From Candidatus Eiseniibacteriota bacterium (GTDB lineage Bacteria > ARS69), in the NCBI GenBank assembly GCA_052390515.1, contig JBQTGV010000014.1, positions 1-53,577 on the forward strand: a stretch of 53,577 nucleotides of DNA. The letters are read 5' to 3'. Below are positions 43,745 through 53,577 of this stretch, in pieces. The notes under the pieces are model-generated. The model saw only the letters and a list, made by a program, of their open reading frames with translations, made no database searches and was not told where the DNA came from. Position numbers and translations under genes: made by a program. How positions within the stretch are numbered: position 1 is the first letter of the stretch; each line of letters opens with the position of its first letter.

Positions 43745-43894
43745 GGTCGGTGCTCGGGGAAACCTGTGGAATCAGGATCTCCCGCTGACCGGCTAGCCGC
43801 GGTCACGATGGCGCTCTCCCGGGAGCGCGGCAGCCCCTCCGGGTAAGACAGCACCCCTGCATCCGCCGACCCCGTGGACTTGGAGGGTTCGCTC

Positions 43895-44485
43895 GTGTTC
43901 TTCCACCGCAGCTTCCGTCGCCATTGGCCGACCGCTGTCGCATTGTGCGGTCTGCTCGTTCTACTGCCGGGATGTCCGCTCTCCCCGGACGATGACCCCG
44001 GGGACGATCCAACCCCGGATCAGCTCGCGGATCCGACGACTCCCGATCTCGCGGTGAAGCGCCTCTCGCAGGTGTGGTCGAACCAGGTGTACTCGGAGCT
44101 GGAGAAGCTGTTGCATCAGGGCTTCCGGTTCTATCCGCTCGACACCGACGCCGACCAGTTCCCGTGGCTCACCGGCGACTTCTGGGGTCGGACCGAGGAG
44201 CTCGCGTTCGCGTCCAACATGTTCGACGACAACTTCTCGGGGCTGCAGCCGCCGGTTGATTCCATCGACTGGGAGTTCACGATCCTCAGCCAGCGCGAAA
44301 CCACGGATGCCACGTGGGGCGTCGTGACGGAAGTGACCGCCACGGCGTTGATCACCGTGCTGACCGCCCCCGACGAGGGCTTCAGCTCGGATACGAAGTT
44401 CATCTTCCTGACGATCAAGGGCGCGTATCCGGGCCAGGCGAACTGGTACCAGATCCTCGAGCAGCGCGAGGTGCCGCGGCAGTAG
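43895..44485 (+). CDS. Hypothetical lipoprotein, paralog of 43045-43719
   Basis: GTG 43895 follows GGAGG; lipobox LPGC; PTTP...L....F.F.P.D.D...WGRTEE. Confidence 0.7.
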   Translation: MFFHRSFRRHWPTAVALCGLLVLLPGCPLSPDDDPGDDPTPDQLADPTTPDLAVKRLSQVWSNQVYSELEKLLHQGFRFYPLDTDADQFPWLTGDFWGRTEELAFASNMFDDNFSGLQPPVDSIDWEFTILSQRETTDATWGVVTEVTATALITVLTAPDEGFSSDTKFIFLTIKGAYPGQANWYQILEQREVPRQ

Positions 44486-44508
44486 CCTGAGGACCGGGCG
44501 AACACGAC

Positions 44509-44541
44509 GGAGGCCGGGGCGACTCAGTCGCCCCGGCCTTC
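44509..44541 (+). terminator. Probable intrinsic terminator hairpin
   Basis: GGAGGCCGGGGCGAC-TCA-GTCGCCCCGGCCTTC 15-bp stem, weak T tail, 23 nt after the stop. Confidence 0.6.
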
Positions 44542-44658
44542 TGGCTTCCGGACGGGACGACGAGCCAGCGCCGGCCTCTCCGTGGGACTGGCGAGAACCG
44601 GGGCCGGCTGGTAGTCTGCCCCCGATTTCGGATTCCCCTCGCACGGTGAGTCGGCCCT

Positions 44659-45783
44659 CTGGCGACGAAGTACCCCGAGCCCCCGCGCGGCCGCTGGGTC
44701 GGCGTGGTTTTCCTCGCGGTCGTGTCCGCCGCGCTGTTCGCCGGTGTGCACCGCATGATCAACCCCGATGCCGCCGGGGCCGCCGCCGCCTGGCAGGTGG
44801 ACCGCGCCATGGACGACGTGTTCCGCGCCGAAGGGGTGGACCGGACCGGCTTCGTCGCACAGGTGTCGCACGGGGCGCCCGCCGAGATCCGCGTGCCGGT
44901 GCCGAACGACGCGTCGATCACCCGGCTGAACGCCCAGGTGACCCGCGCCGTCGAGGCGGCGGGCGCGCACGTCTTCGAAGCGCTCGAGACCGGACCGGAT
45001 CCGGACGCTCCCGAGGCGGTGGACCTGCGTCTCGGGATGGACCGCCAGGTGACGCATCGCGTGATGCTGCGGCAGGAGCCGGCGCGTGCGGAGGCCGACA
45101 CGGAGGTGCCGCGCATCGCGGTCGTGTTCGACGATCTGGGGTACACGATGGACGGTCTCGCCGCCGATCTGCTGCGGCTTCCCGTGCGGTTGACCTTCGC
45201 CATTCTCCCTGGACTTCCCGAGACCGAGGAGTTCGCGCGGGCGGCGAAGGCTCGCGGTCACGACGTGATCCTGCACATCCCCATGGAGCCGATGGATCCC
45301 AGGCGCCACGACCCCGGTCGGGACGCGTTGCTCGTGGACCTCGAGCCGGAGGAGAACCTGCGGCGGCTCCGCTCCCACCTCGACGGCTTCAGCGGCTACT
45401 GCGGCGTGTCCAACCACATGGGGTCGCGCTTCACCTCGGATCCGGAGCTCATGGAGCTCGTGCTCGGCGAGATCCGCCGCCGCGACGGCGGCCTCTTCTT
45501 CCTGGATTCCAGCACCACGCCCTACTCGGTGGTGGGCGTCGCGGCGCGGAGCCAGGGGCTCGCCCACCTGCGCAACAACGTGTTCCTGGACGGCGGGGAC
45601 GAGGGCCCCGAGTCGGCGCGGGTGCGGACCGATCGCGTCGCCGAGATCGCACGCAGGGAGGGGCAGGCGGTGGCCATCGGCCATGTGCACCGCGAGACCG
45701 TGGACGCGGTCCTGGCGGCGATCGACCGCTGGAACGACGAGGGCATCCGCCTGGTCGGTATCTCCGAGCTGATGCATCGTTGA
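44659..45783 (+). CDS. Divergent polysaccharide deacetylase family protein (YibQ-like), N-terminal TM anchor
   Basis: [46 protein letters not shown]. Start CTG 44659 (SD GGTGA) or GTG 44704. Confidence 0.88.
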   Translation: MATKYPEPPRGRWVGVVFLAVVSAALFAGVHRMINPDAAGAAAAWQVDRAMDDVFRAEGVDRTGFVAQVSHGAPAEIRVPVPNDASITRLNAQVTRAVEAAGAHVFEALETGPDPDAPEAVDLRLGMDRQVTHRVMLRQEPARAEADTEVPRIAVVFDDLGYTMDGLAADLLRLPVRLTFAILPGLPETEEFARAAKARGHDVILHIPMEPMDPRRHDPGRDALLVDLEPEENLRRLRSHLDGFSGYCGVSNHMGSRFTSDPELMELVLGEIRRRDGGLFFLDSSTTPYSVVGVAARSQGLAHLRNNVFLDGGDEGPESARVRTDRVAEIARREGQAVAIGHVHRETVDAVLAAIDRWNDEGIRLVGISELMHR

Positions 45784-45800
45784 TGCGGCGACGGTGGGAG

Positions 45801-46538
45801 ATGCGCCTCGGCGTCAACATCGATCACGTGGCCACGGTGCGCGAGGCTCGTCGGGCGCGGCAGCCCGACCCGGTCACCGCCGCACTCCTCGCCGAGGAGG
45901 CCGGCGCGGATCAGATCACCGCGCACCTGCGCGAAGACCGCCGCCACATCCAGGACCGCGACATCCGCCTGCTCCGCGAGCTCGTGAAGACGAGGCTCAA
46001 TCTGGAGATGGCGTCGACGGACGAGATGATCGCCGTGGCGCTCTCGGTGCGTCCGGACTCGGCGACGCTCGTGCCCGAGAAGCGCGAGGAACTCACCACC
46101 GAGGGCGGGCTGAACGTGCGCGAGAGCCGCATGCGGATCCACGAGGCGGTGACGCGGTTGCAGGGGGCGGGCATCCGCACGAGCCTGTTCATCGATGCGG
46201 ACCAGGCCCAGGTGGAGGAGGCGAAGCGCGTCGGCGCCGAGGTCGTCGAGCTGCACACCGGCCGGTATGCCGACGCCGGATCCGACGAGGATCGAGAAGC
46301 GGAACTGGAGCGGATCGCCGACGCGGCCGCGCTCGCGGTGAAGATGGGGCTCGAGGCGGTGGCCGGCCACGGGCTGGACTACCGGAACGTCGGGCGCGTG
46401 GCAGCCCTGCGGGACCTGACCGAGCTGAACATCGGGCATGCCATCGTCTCGCGCGCCGTGATCCGCGGGATCGGGCCGGCGGTGGCGGAGATGGTGACCC
46501 TGATCCGAGCGGCCCGGGCGGGAATCGCGGCCCCGTGA
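45801..46538 (+). CDS. pdxJ: Pyridoxine 5'-phosphate synthase PdxJ
   Basis: [50 protein letters not shown]. Confidence 0.96.
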   Translation: MRLGVNIDHVATVREARRARQPDPVTAALLAEEAGADQITAHLREDRRHIQDRDIRLLRELVKTRLNLEMASTDEMIAVALSVRPDSATLVPEKREELTTEGGLNVRESRMRIHEAVTRLQGAGIRTSLFIDADQAQVEEAKRVGAEVVELHTGRYADAGSDEDREAELERIADAAALAVKMGLEAVAGHGLDYRNVGRVAALRDLTELNIGHAIVSRAVIRGIGPAVAEMVTLIRAARAGIAAP

Positions 46539-46604
46539 TTGCGGCGCCGTGAAGGGGGAGGCGCCCTGCCGCGGGACCGGACGACGCCCGAGGCAAGGTC
46601 TCCG

Positions 46605-46633
46605 TTGACAGGACCGGGGACCGCTCCTACGCT
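46605..46633 (+). promoter_or_regulatory. Putative sigma70 promoter for secDF
   Basis: TTGACA-17 nt-TACGCT. Confidence 0.65.
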
Positions 46634-46699
46634 CTTCGCCCTTGTCCTGAACCGCGTCCTCCGGGAACCGAGGGCCACAGGCCCCCTGCGCCGAGTCCG

Positions 46700-48409
46700 A
46701 TGAAGAGCTTCCGCTGGCGAATCCTCACCGTGCTCGCCGCCCTCGGGGTCGGCTTCTTCCTGCTCTGGCCGACCTGGCGCTACTACGGCATGAGCGAGGT
46801 GGAGCGCGAGAACCTCGATCCCAACGAGCTCGCCGTCCTCAAGTCCCAGGCCGTGCGCCTCGGCCTCGATCTGCAGGGCGGAATGCACCTCGTGCTGGAG
46901 ATCGACGATTCCGAGATCGGGCCGGAGGCGGACACCGCCGACCTGCTGGCGCGCGCCCTCGAGGTCGTGCGCAACCGGATCGACGAGTTCGGCGTCACCG
47001 AGCCCGTAGTGCAGGGGGCGGGGGACCGCCGCATCATCGTCGAGCTGGCGGGGATCGACGACCCGGAGCGTGCCGAGCAGATCATCAGCCGGGCCGCGAT
47101 CCTCGAGTTCCAGATGGTCCGCTCCGGCTCGGAGATGCGGCGCCTCGCGCAGCAGCTCGATTCGCACCTCGCGCGGCTGGGTGGGGTGGCAGCCCCGCCG
47201 GACACGAGCGCACCGGGGACCACCGCGGACACGGCCGCCGCCGACATCACTGCCCCGGACGCGGTTCCCGCCATCCCCCCGACCGCCGCCGACCTGCGCG
47301 GGTACCTGGCTCAGGACGTCACCGAGACTTCCGGGTCCCCGCTCACGTCGCGCATCGTGTACACGCAGCGTCGAGGCACGGTCGGCGTCAACGAGGTCGC
47401 GCACGTCCGGGAGACGGACACCGAGCTGCTGACCCGCTACATCGCGCTGCTCGACTCGACCGGGGCCATCCCCTCGGACGTCGAGCTCGTGTGGGAGGCC
47501 GAGCCGACCGAGGATGCCACCGGCAACGCGATCCGCATGCTGTACCTGCTGACCCGCGCGCCCGAGCTCACCGGCGAGGTCCTGGAGGACGCGCGCCCGC
47601 AGCCCGACACGCAGTCCTCCATGCAGGGCAACTATCTCGTGGAGTTCGATCTCAGCCGCACCGGCCGGCGTCTCTTCAGCCGGACCACCGGCGAGAACGT
47701 CGGACGCCTCATGGCCATCGTGCTCGACGGCAAGGTGAAATCCGCTCCCGAGATCCAGGACAAGATCCGCGCGGGGACCGCCGTCATCACCGGACGGTTC
47801 ACGCCCGAGGAGGCGAAGGACCTCGCCGTGGTGCTGAAGGCGGGCGCCCTTCCCGTCCCGATCAAGATCGAGGAGAAGCGCGCCGTCGGGCCGTCTCTCG
47901 GGCAGGACTCCATCGAGCAGGGCCGGACGGCCATGCTGATCGGCTTCATGGCGGTGCTCGTCTTCATGGTCGTCTACTACCGGGCCGCCGGCCTCATCGC
48001 CGTCTTCGCGCTCTCCCTGAACCTGGTTCTCCTCCTCGCCGCCATGGTGGCGCTGGATGCGGTGCTCACGCTGCCCGGCATCGCCGGATTCGTGCTTACC
48101 GCGGGCATGTCCGTGGACGCGAACGTGCTCATCTACGAGCGAATGCGCGAGGAGCTGCGCAACGGTCAGACGTTCCGCAACGCGCTGAGCCGCGGCTACG
48201 ACCGCGCGTTCACCACCATCCTGGACTCCAACGTCACCACCCTCATGAGCGGCCTCGCGCTGCTGTGGTTCGGCACCGGTCCGATCAAGGGGTTCGCCGT
48301 CGTGCTCTCGATCGGCATCGTGGTGAGCATGTTCACCGCGCTGTTCGTGACGCGTCTCATCTTCGATCTGCTGACGCGCCCGGGCGGCGTGCGTCAGGTC
48401 TCGGTCTAG
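46700..48409 (+). CDS. secD: Protein translocase subunit SecD
   Basis: LGLDLQGG, RNRIDEFGV.EP, AIVLDG, GALP, VGPSLG, TLPGIAG, VDANVLIYER, DSNVTT. Confidence 0.96.
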   Translation: MKSFRWRILTVLAALGVGFFLLWPTWRYYGMSEVERENLDPNELAVLKSQAVRLGLDLQGGMHLVLEIDDSEIGPEADTADLLARALEVVRNRIDEFGVTEPVVQGAGDRRIIVELAGIDDPERAEQIISRAAILEFQMVRSGSEMRRLAQQLDSHLARLGGVAAPPDTSAPGTTADTAAADITAPDAVPAIPPTAADLRGYLAQDVTETSGSPLTSRIVYTQRRGTVGVNEVAHVRETDTELLTRYIALLDSTGAIPSDVELVWEAEPTEDATGNAIRMLYLLTRAPELTGEVLEDARPQPDTQSSMQGNYLVEFDLSRTGRRLFSRTTGENVGRLMAIVLDGKVKSAPEIQDKIRAGTAVITGRFTPEEAKDLAVVLKAGALPVPIKIEEKRAVGPSLGQDSIEQGRTAMLIGFMAVLVFMVVYYRAAGLIAVFALSLNLVLLLAAMVALDAVLTLPGIAGFVLTAGMSVDANVLIYERMREELRNGQTFRNALSRGYDRAFTTILDSNVTTLMSGLALLWFGTGPIKGFAVVLSIGIVVSMFTALFVTRLIFDLLTRPGGVRQVSV

Positions 48410-48419
48410 GCGGCCCCGC

Positions 48420-49307
48420 ATGCAGTTCCTGACGAACCCTCGGATCGACTTCATGACGCACCGGCGTCTCGCCATGGCCGTGTCGGCCCTGGTGATCCTG
48501 GCCGGCATCGTCTCCCTCGTCGTGAAGGGCGGCCCCAACTACTCCGTGGACTTCACCGGCGGCACGCTCATCCAGATCCGCTTTCCGTCGGGCGTCGCCG
48601 CCGAGGAGATCCGCGAGGTCCTCTCCGGCGTGGGGCTCGGCGCGGTCGAGATCGTGCAGTTCGGCGGTCCGGACGAGCGGCTGGTCCGCATCCCCTCGGG
48701 GACCGAGTCGGCGGAAGCCATGGCGAAGGCCGCGCTGCGCGAGAGGTGGCCGGACCTGGAACTCCGCCGCGAGGAGACCGTCGGCCCGAAGATCGGCGGT
48801 GAGCTGCGCAGCGCCGCCATGCAGGCGACCGTCCTGGCGCTCGCGCTGATCCTGATCTACGTCACCATGCGCTTCGAGTTCCGCTTCGCCGTCGCGGCGA
48901 TCATCGCTCTGATCCACGACGTGGTGGTGACGCTCGCCTTCTTCAGCTTCACCGACCGGGAGCTTTCGCTCTCGGTGATCGCCGCGTTCCTCACCATCGT
49001 GGGTTTCTCCATCAACGACACGATCGTGATCTTCGACCGCGTGCGGGAGAACCTGCGCGTGCCCGCCGGCCCGGCCTTCCTCGAGGTCATGAACCGGAGC
49101 GTGAACCAGACCCTGTCCCGGACGATCATCACGTCCGGCACCGTGCTGGCCACCGTGCTCGTCCTGCTCTTCTTCGGCGGCGAGGTGCTGGAGGACTTCT
49201 CCTTCGCCATGGTGGTGGGGCTCATCTCCGGGACCTACTCCACGGTCTTCGTCGCCGCGCCGCTGGTCGTGGAATGGGAGATGCTGCGCCCGCGGAAGCG
49301 CAAGTAG
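48420..49307 (+). CDS. secF: Protein translocase subunit SecF
   Basis: DFTGGT, VGPKIG.EL, HDV, GFSINDTIVIFDRVRE, TLSRTIIT, GTYST. Confidence 0.96.
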   Translation: MQFLTNPRIDFMTHRRLAMAVSALVILAGIVSLVVKGGPNYSVDFTGGTLIQIRFPSGVAAEEIREVLSGVGLGAVEIVQFGGPDERLVRIPSGTESAEAMAKAALRERWPDLELRREETVGPKIGGELRSAAMQATVLALALILIYVTMRFEFRFAVAAIIALIHDVVVTLAFFSFTDRELSLSVIAAFLTIVGFSINDTIVIFDRVRENLRVPAGPAFLEVMNRSVNQTLSRTIITSGTVLATVLVLLFFGGEVLEDFSFAMVVGLISGTYSTVFVAAPLVVEWEMLRPRKRK

Positions 49308-49337
49308 CACGCCCGCAACGACTTCGCGACGGCCGCG

Positions 49338-49367
49338 TTGACCCGCCCGAAAGCTCGTGCTTATCAT
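49338..49367 (+). promoter_or_regulatory. Putative sigma70 promoter giving a leaderless transcript
   Basis: TTGACC-18 nt-TATCAT, 6 nt before ATG 49374. Confidence 0.55.
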
Positions 49368-49373
49368 GGGGTC

Positions 49374-49868
49374 ATGACGCTGCGCAGCGCATGGTGCCTC
49401 TTCGTCCTGGCGGCCGCCGCCCCGATGCCGGCCTCGGGCGAGACGGCGGACCTCGACTCCGGCGTCGCGCACGCGGAGCTCGAGGAGGTGCCCGCCGACG
49501 GCCCGCTCGCGGTGTTCGCCGCCGTGGGCGAGGCGTGGCGCGCGGGAGACGCGCGGGCGCTCACCGAGCTGCTCGACCCGGAGGACCGGGTGGGGCTCTC
49601 CTTCTCCAAGGGCGGGCCGCGGGGCGGCTGGTTCAACCGCGACCAGGCCTACTTCCTCCTCAAGGATCTGCTCGAGTTCAGTCGCACCGAGCGGTTCGAG
49701 TTCGAGACCTACTGGAACCTCGACTCGAACGGACGGTCCCCGTTCGCGGTGGCCGTCCACGAGTTCCGCATGAACGACGGCGCGACCCACACGGATCAGG
49801 TGTACCTGTCGCTCCGGCTCCGGGGCGAAACCTGGTACGTCGGGGAGATTCGATCGATCGACCGGTGA
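49374..49868 (+). CDS. Exported DUF4783-like (NTF2-like) protein
   Basis: Signal peptide; AWRAGDARAL...V.LS...FNRDQAYFLLKD. Confidence 0.6.
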   Translation: MTLRSAWCLFVLAAAAPMPASGETADLDSGVAHAELEEVPADGPLAVFAAVGEAWRAGDARALTELLDPEDRVGLSFSKGGPRGGWFNRDQAYFLLKDLLEFSRTERFEFETYWNLDSNGRSPFAVAVHEFRMNDGATHTDQVYLSLRLRGETWYVGEIRSIDR

Positions 49869-49884
49869 CGGGAGCTCCGCCGTG

Positions 49885-52800
49885 ATGCTCCACCTGGGTC
49901 TCGCCGCCCTCCTCCTCGCCGTCGCCGTGTGGGGCCTTCGCCGCCGGTCCGGCCGTGGTCCCGCCTCCCTGGTCCTCTCCGTGCTCGCCATCGCCGCCGC
50001 CGCCGCCGAGCTCGGCCTGGCCGCACGCCGTGCGCAGCTCGCGCGGGACTGGGAAGCGCTCGCCGAGAGCGAGCTCGAGGCTCGCGCCACGCGCATCGTC
50101 GAGTTCCTGCGCGACGAAGGGTCCAGCGCGCTGGCCGCCATCCGCGCCACCGGCGGAGACGCGGATACGCGCGCGCTGCTCTCCTCCGAAGGCGCGCTCG
50201 TCCGCACCGCGCGGCGCCCCGTCTTCCTGGACTTGATGGAGCGCTTCCCCGGCCGCGAAGCCGGCGTCACCGTCTACGACGCGGCCGGGTTCCCGCGCGC
50301 TTGGTCGGGCTGGTCGGCCACCGCGACGATGTCGCTCTCGGAGAAGCCCAGTCCCGAAGCGGAGATCGTGGAGATTCGCGAGGGCAACATCTACACCATC
50401 CTGCAGGTCACGCACCCCGTCGTGGCGGCGTCCGGAGCGGTCAGCGCGGAAGCCGGCAGCCAGGGTAATCAGGTCGGGCCGGCGGCGGACTCGGCGAAGG
50501 AGCCGCTCGGCTGGGTGGTGTACCAGCGGCCGCTGCGCGTGCAGTTCCCTCTGGAGAACCGCTTCCTTCGCGTCGACGACGTGCTGCGCCGCCTGGAAGG
50601 CGGCTCCGGCGTGCGCGCCGATCTGGCCTTCGCGCTCTCGCTGCGCGGCGAAGACGACGTCGCGAGGATCCGCCCCGGCGCACTGAAGCTCGACGTCCGC
50701 GAGGAGTCGGCGTCGGCCGCGGCCGCCATCGTGTCCGCCGGCGACGAGCCGGTCGGACGCGTGACGCTCTCCGGGTTGTCCCAGGGAGCGCTCATCGCCG
50801 AGCGACTGGGCGGGCTGCTCCGCGTGCGGGCTTGGCTCCTGCTGACCACCGGCTTCCTCGCCGCCGCGCTGATCTGGCTCGCCGTGGCGGAGCGAAGCGT
50901 ATGGCGGACCGTCGTGCGGATCGCGGTGATCGCGGCGGCACGGTTCGCGCTGAGCCACGGCGCGCCCTGGAGCGAGAGCGGCTTCCTCGGCGTGTTCGAT
51001 CCGTCGGTGTATGCGCTCAACCGCTTCGGTGGCCTCGCGCGCTCGCCTGGGGATCTGGCTCTCACCGCCGCGGCGCTCGTGCTCGTCGGGCGAGAGCTCC
51101 GCTCGCTGGTCGGCGCGCATCAGGCGTCGCTCGCAGCCTTCGGGCGAAGGTTCCCGCTCGTCGCCTGGATCCCGGCGGTCGCCGCGGCGCTTCTCGTCGG
51201 GTCGTGCGCCGGATTCCACTGGTCGCGCACGGTGAGCGTGGCCCGCGATGCGAACGTCCCGCTGTACGCCGGCCTCGACCCCTTCGCCTCCGCTCCCGCC
51301 GCCGCGCTGGAGCTGGCGCTGCTGCTGGGCGGTGCGGCGTTCCTGCTCTTCGGCGACGCGCTGGTGCGCGCCAGTGTGGCGTTCCTCGACCGCTGGCCGG
51401 CGCGGAGCGGCGTGCTCGTCGCGTGGGGTCTCGCCGCGTTCGGGTCGGCGGTGAAGATCGGGGCGGCCGCGGATGAGGCCAGTCTCGGCGGGCCGGCCTC
51501 CTCGTTCGACTCCGACTTGGTCCGCACCGTGGCGACGATCGCCGCGCTTCTCGCCTTCCATCGGCTGGCCTCGAGATGGGAGCGGCCGCGGGCCGCGGCG
51601 GTCTTCGTCGTCGCGTTCCTGGCGCAGCTCGCCGGCTTCACCGCCATCGCCGAGTCGACCGAGATCCGGCGGCGCGGGCTCGTCGAGCTGCTCGCGCAGG
51701 ATCACGTGGAGAGCCCGTCGAGCTACCGCCAGTTCCTGATCGGCAGCGTGATCGGTCACCTGTCCAGCTCGCTGCCGGCGAAGGAGGTGCTGGCCGAGGG
51801 CGCCGGACCCGAGCACGCCAACCTCGCGTTCGTGCTGTGGGGCAAGAGCCCGCTCGCGTCGGTGTCGGCCGGGTGCCGCTTCCGCATCCTGGACGCGCTC
51901 GGGCGGACGGTGTCCACGTTCAGCCTGGGGTTCCCGCCCGAGCTCGCCACCGTGGCGGAGGCGCCGGAGCCCGGTGAGACCGGGGAGAGCGGCGCCGTGC
52001 GCTACCGTCGCGAGGAAGTGGGCTCGGTGCGCGTCGATCTCTACACCGGGGCGGCGCCGATCACGAGTGACGGCCGCGTCCTCGGAGCCGTGGAAGTGGC
52101 CATGGCGTGGTTCGACGATCTGCGTGGCACGGGACCGGCGCTGGCCTCAGTGTTCACGAACCTGACCGCGCCCGACGAGCTGCTCGGCTTCGTCCGCGAG
52201 GTGCCCGACCGCATCGACCGCTACCGCGGCGAGACGCTCGTCTACTCCACCGATCCGGAGGGCGGCCTCGGCAAGCGGGTGCCGGAGTTCCTGGTGCAGG
52301 CGCTGGCCGACACGCGTTCGTCCGGGCGATGGGTGGAGCGCAAGATCGACGACAAGCTCTACGACCTGTACTGCGTGCGGGAGCGCGACGGCGAGGTGAC
52401 CGTAGGCTACCTCACGTTCGGCATCGAGCGCATGGGGCCGCTCTCCGCCGCGGGACTCTTCGTGCGCTCGCAGCTCGTCGCGCTGGTGCTCACGCTCTTC
52501 GCCCTGCTCGTGCTCGCCGCACTCGCGCGCGTGCTCCCGGCGGGACGGGCCGGCCGCTTCCAGCCGCCGCGCATCGGCTTCCGCGAGCGCGTGATCGGCG
52601 GCTTTCTCATCGTCGCCTTGCTGCCGACCGTGTTCCTCGGCTTCGCCGGACGGAAGCTCTTCGTCGAGGAGCAGCTGCAGGAGTTCCATCGTCGCCTCGA
52701 AGAGGACCTGCGTCTCTCCGGTGAGCTCCTGGGGCGAAGGCTCGCCGACGCGGGGCGAAACGCCGCCGGCTCACGGGAAGTCATCGAGTGCCTCGCCGAT

Positions 52801-53577
52801 CCGGCCGGCTATCGCACGCTCTCCGCGCCGCTCTCGGTGACCGGCGTCGTGGTCGTCTCGGAGGAGGGGCGGCTGCTCGGCGCGAGCCGCACCGCGGATC
52901 TGGGTATGGCCGTCGTTCCCGGACACCTCGCCGCGAGCGACACTCCGGTGGAGTTCTTCCGCCGCCGCGGCGAGGAGCTGTACTCTTGCGCGCTCGTCCC
53001 CGTTCCGGCGGATCCGGCGGCCGGCCGCGCGCGCGGGGGATCGGTCCTGGCCTTCCAGCGCGTGGACACGCTGCTGGCCGCCGACCTCGAGCGCCGCGTC
53101 GGCTCGGCGGTGAGCTTCTTCGCCGGCGGCCTCCTGACCGCGACGTCCAAGCCCGAGCTCTACCAGTCCGAGATCCTCAGCGATCTCGCCGAGCCGACGG
53201 CGTATCTCAAGATCGAGCTGGAGGGGGCGCGGAGGACGCTCGTCGAGAGCCGCGTCGGCTCGACGTCGTTCCTAGCGGCGTACGCGCCGCTGCTGGACGA
53301 GGCCGGTGCGGCCGTGGGGATCCTCTCGACGCTCGCCGCGTTCCGCGGGCAAGGGCTCGGCGTCGAGGCCGGGCGCGTTCTCTCGGCGATCTACTTCGTG
53401 TGCCTGGCCGTGCTGGCGGGCGCCGTGGCCGCGGCGGTGCTGCTGGCCAACCGGCTCACGCGGCCCATCTCCGACCTGACGCGCGGCGCGGAGCGGATCG
53501 GTGCGGGCGGCCTCGGCCACGTCATCCTGACGAAGGCCGGCGGGGAGATCGGCGCCCTGGTGCGCTCGTTCAACTCG
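49885..53577 (+). CDS. Giant multi-TM membrane sensor with HAMP domain (probable histidine kinase), truncated by window edge
   Basis: Frame from ATG 49885 (or GTG 49882) reaches the window end in register (1231 codons). Many TM segments and about 3 extracytoplasmic blocks; ends in HAMP (RLTRPISDLTRGAERIGAGGL...EIGALVRSFN). The kinase domain is not visible. Confidence 0.78.
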   Translation, partial: MLHLGLAALLLAVAVWGLRRRSGRGPASLVLSVLAIAAAAAELGLAARRAQLARDWEALAESELEARATRIVEFLRDEGSSALAAIRATGGDADTRALLSSEGALVRTARRPVFLDLMERFPGREAGVTVYDAAGFPRAWSGWSATATMSLSEKPSPEAEIVEIREGNIYTILQVTHPVVAASGAVSAEAGSQGNQVGPAADSAKEPLGWVVYQRPLRVQFPLENRFLRVDDVLRRLEGGSGVRADLAFALSLRGEDDVARIRPGALKLDVREESASAAAAIVSAGDEPVGRVTLSGLSQGALIAERLGGLLRVRAWLLLTTGFLAAALIWLAVAERSVWRTVVRIAVIAAARFALSHGAPWSESGFLGVFDPSVYALNRFGGLARSPGDLALTAAALVLVGRELRSLVGAHQASLAAFGRRFPLVAWIPAVAAALLVGSCAGFHWSRTVSVARDANVPLYAGLDPFASAPAAALELALLLGGAAFLLFGDALVRASVAFLDRWPARSGVLVAWGLAAFGSAVKIGAAADEASLGGPASSFDSDLVRTVATIAALLAFHRLASRWERPRAAAVFVVAFLAQLAGFTAIAESTEIRRRGLVELLAQDHVESPSSYRQFLIGSVIGHLSSSLPAKEVLAEGAGPEHANLAFVLWGKSPLASVSAGCRFRILDALGRTVSTFSLGFPPELATVAEAPEPGETGESGAVRYRREEVGSVRVDLYTGAAPITSDGRVLGAVEVAMAWFDDLRGTGPALASVFTNLTAPDELLGFVREVPDRIDRYRGETLVYSTDPEGGLGKRVPEFLVQALADTRSSGRWVERKIDDKLYDLYCVRERDGEVTVGYLTFGIERMGPLSAAGLFVRSQLVALVLTLFALLVLAALARVLPAGRAGRFQPPRIGFRERVIGGFLIVALLPTVFLGFAGRKLFVEEQLQEFHRRLEEDLRLSGELLGRRLADAGRNAAGSREVIECLADPAGYRTLSAPLSVTGVVVVSEEGRLLGASRTADLGMAVVPGHLAASDTPVEFFRRRGEELYSCALVPVPADPAAGRARGGSVLAFQRVDTLLAADLERRVGSAVSFFAGGLLTATSKPELYQSEILSDLAEPTAYLKIELEGARRTLVESRVGSTSFLAAYAPLLDEAGAAVGILSTLAAFRGQGLGVEAGRVLSAIYFVCLAVLAGAVAAAVLLANRLTRPISDLTRGAERIGAGGLGHVILTKAGGEIGALVRSFNS

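Noticed and set aside
43749-43856. Cobalamin, FMN or c-di-GMP-II riboswitch in the lipoprotein leader
   Set aside because: Only superficial GGGAA and T-loop-like similarity; the B12 box, FMN core and GCAC/GTGC pseudoknot context are missing.

Overview
Very GC-rich (about 70% by eye) bacterial chromosomal window from a diderm. Gene content (DUF4783, MoxR-DUF58-BatA, giant membrane kinase, unusual Omp85/TBDR families) suggests an FCB-superphylum or candidate-phylum organism; this is inference. Left to right: (i) a truncated GYF_2 protein and a DUF4390 gene on the minus strand; (ii) a complete Pho locus, phoB-phoR-phosphate porin-pstSCAB-phoU, with 11-bp-periodic Pho-box arrays in front of phoB, the porin and pstS; (iii) a small outer-membrane protein plus a divergent TonB-dependent-receptor-like gene; (iv) a minus-strand cluster of degenerate CPBP protein, HAMP histidine kinase, EamA transporter and sigma54 response regulator, ending in a glycogen-binding-type CBM48-like domain fused to a POTRA-less Omp85 barrel behind a clear -24/-12 promoter; (v) SDR-type threonine dehydrogenase, ArsR regulator, a second sigma54 regulator and a probably frameshifted GH113-like hydrolase; (vi) a core block moxR-DUF58-batA/vWA-mfd-PPIase-surA-pdxA, ftsEX-envC, metG-tatD-[132-nt structured element]-rsmA; (vii) a large unknown beta-barrel with two paralogous lipoproteins; (viii) divergent polysaccharide deacetylase-pdxJ, secDF, DUF4783 and a >1230-aa membrane HAMP sensor running off the right edge. 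No rRNA, tRNA, CRISPR array, transposase or integrase was recognised. The best candidate for an undescribed system is cluster (iv), the sigma54-driven CBM48-Omp85 module. All family assignments come from motif recognition by eye, not database searches.
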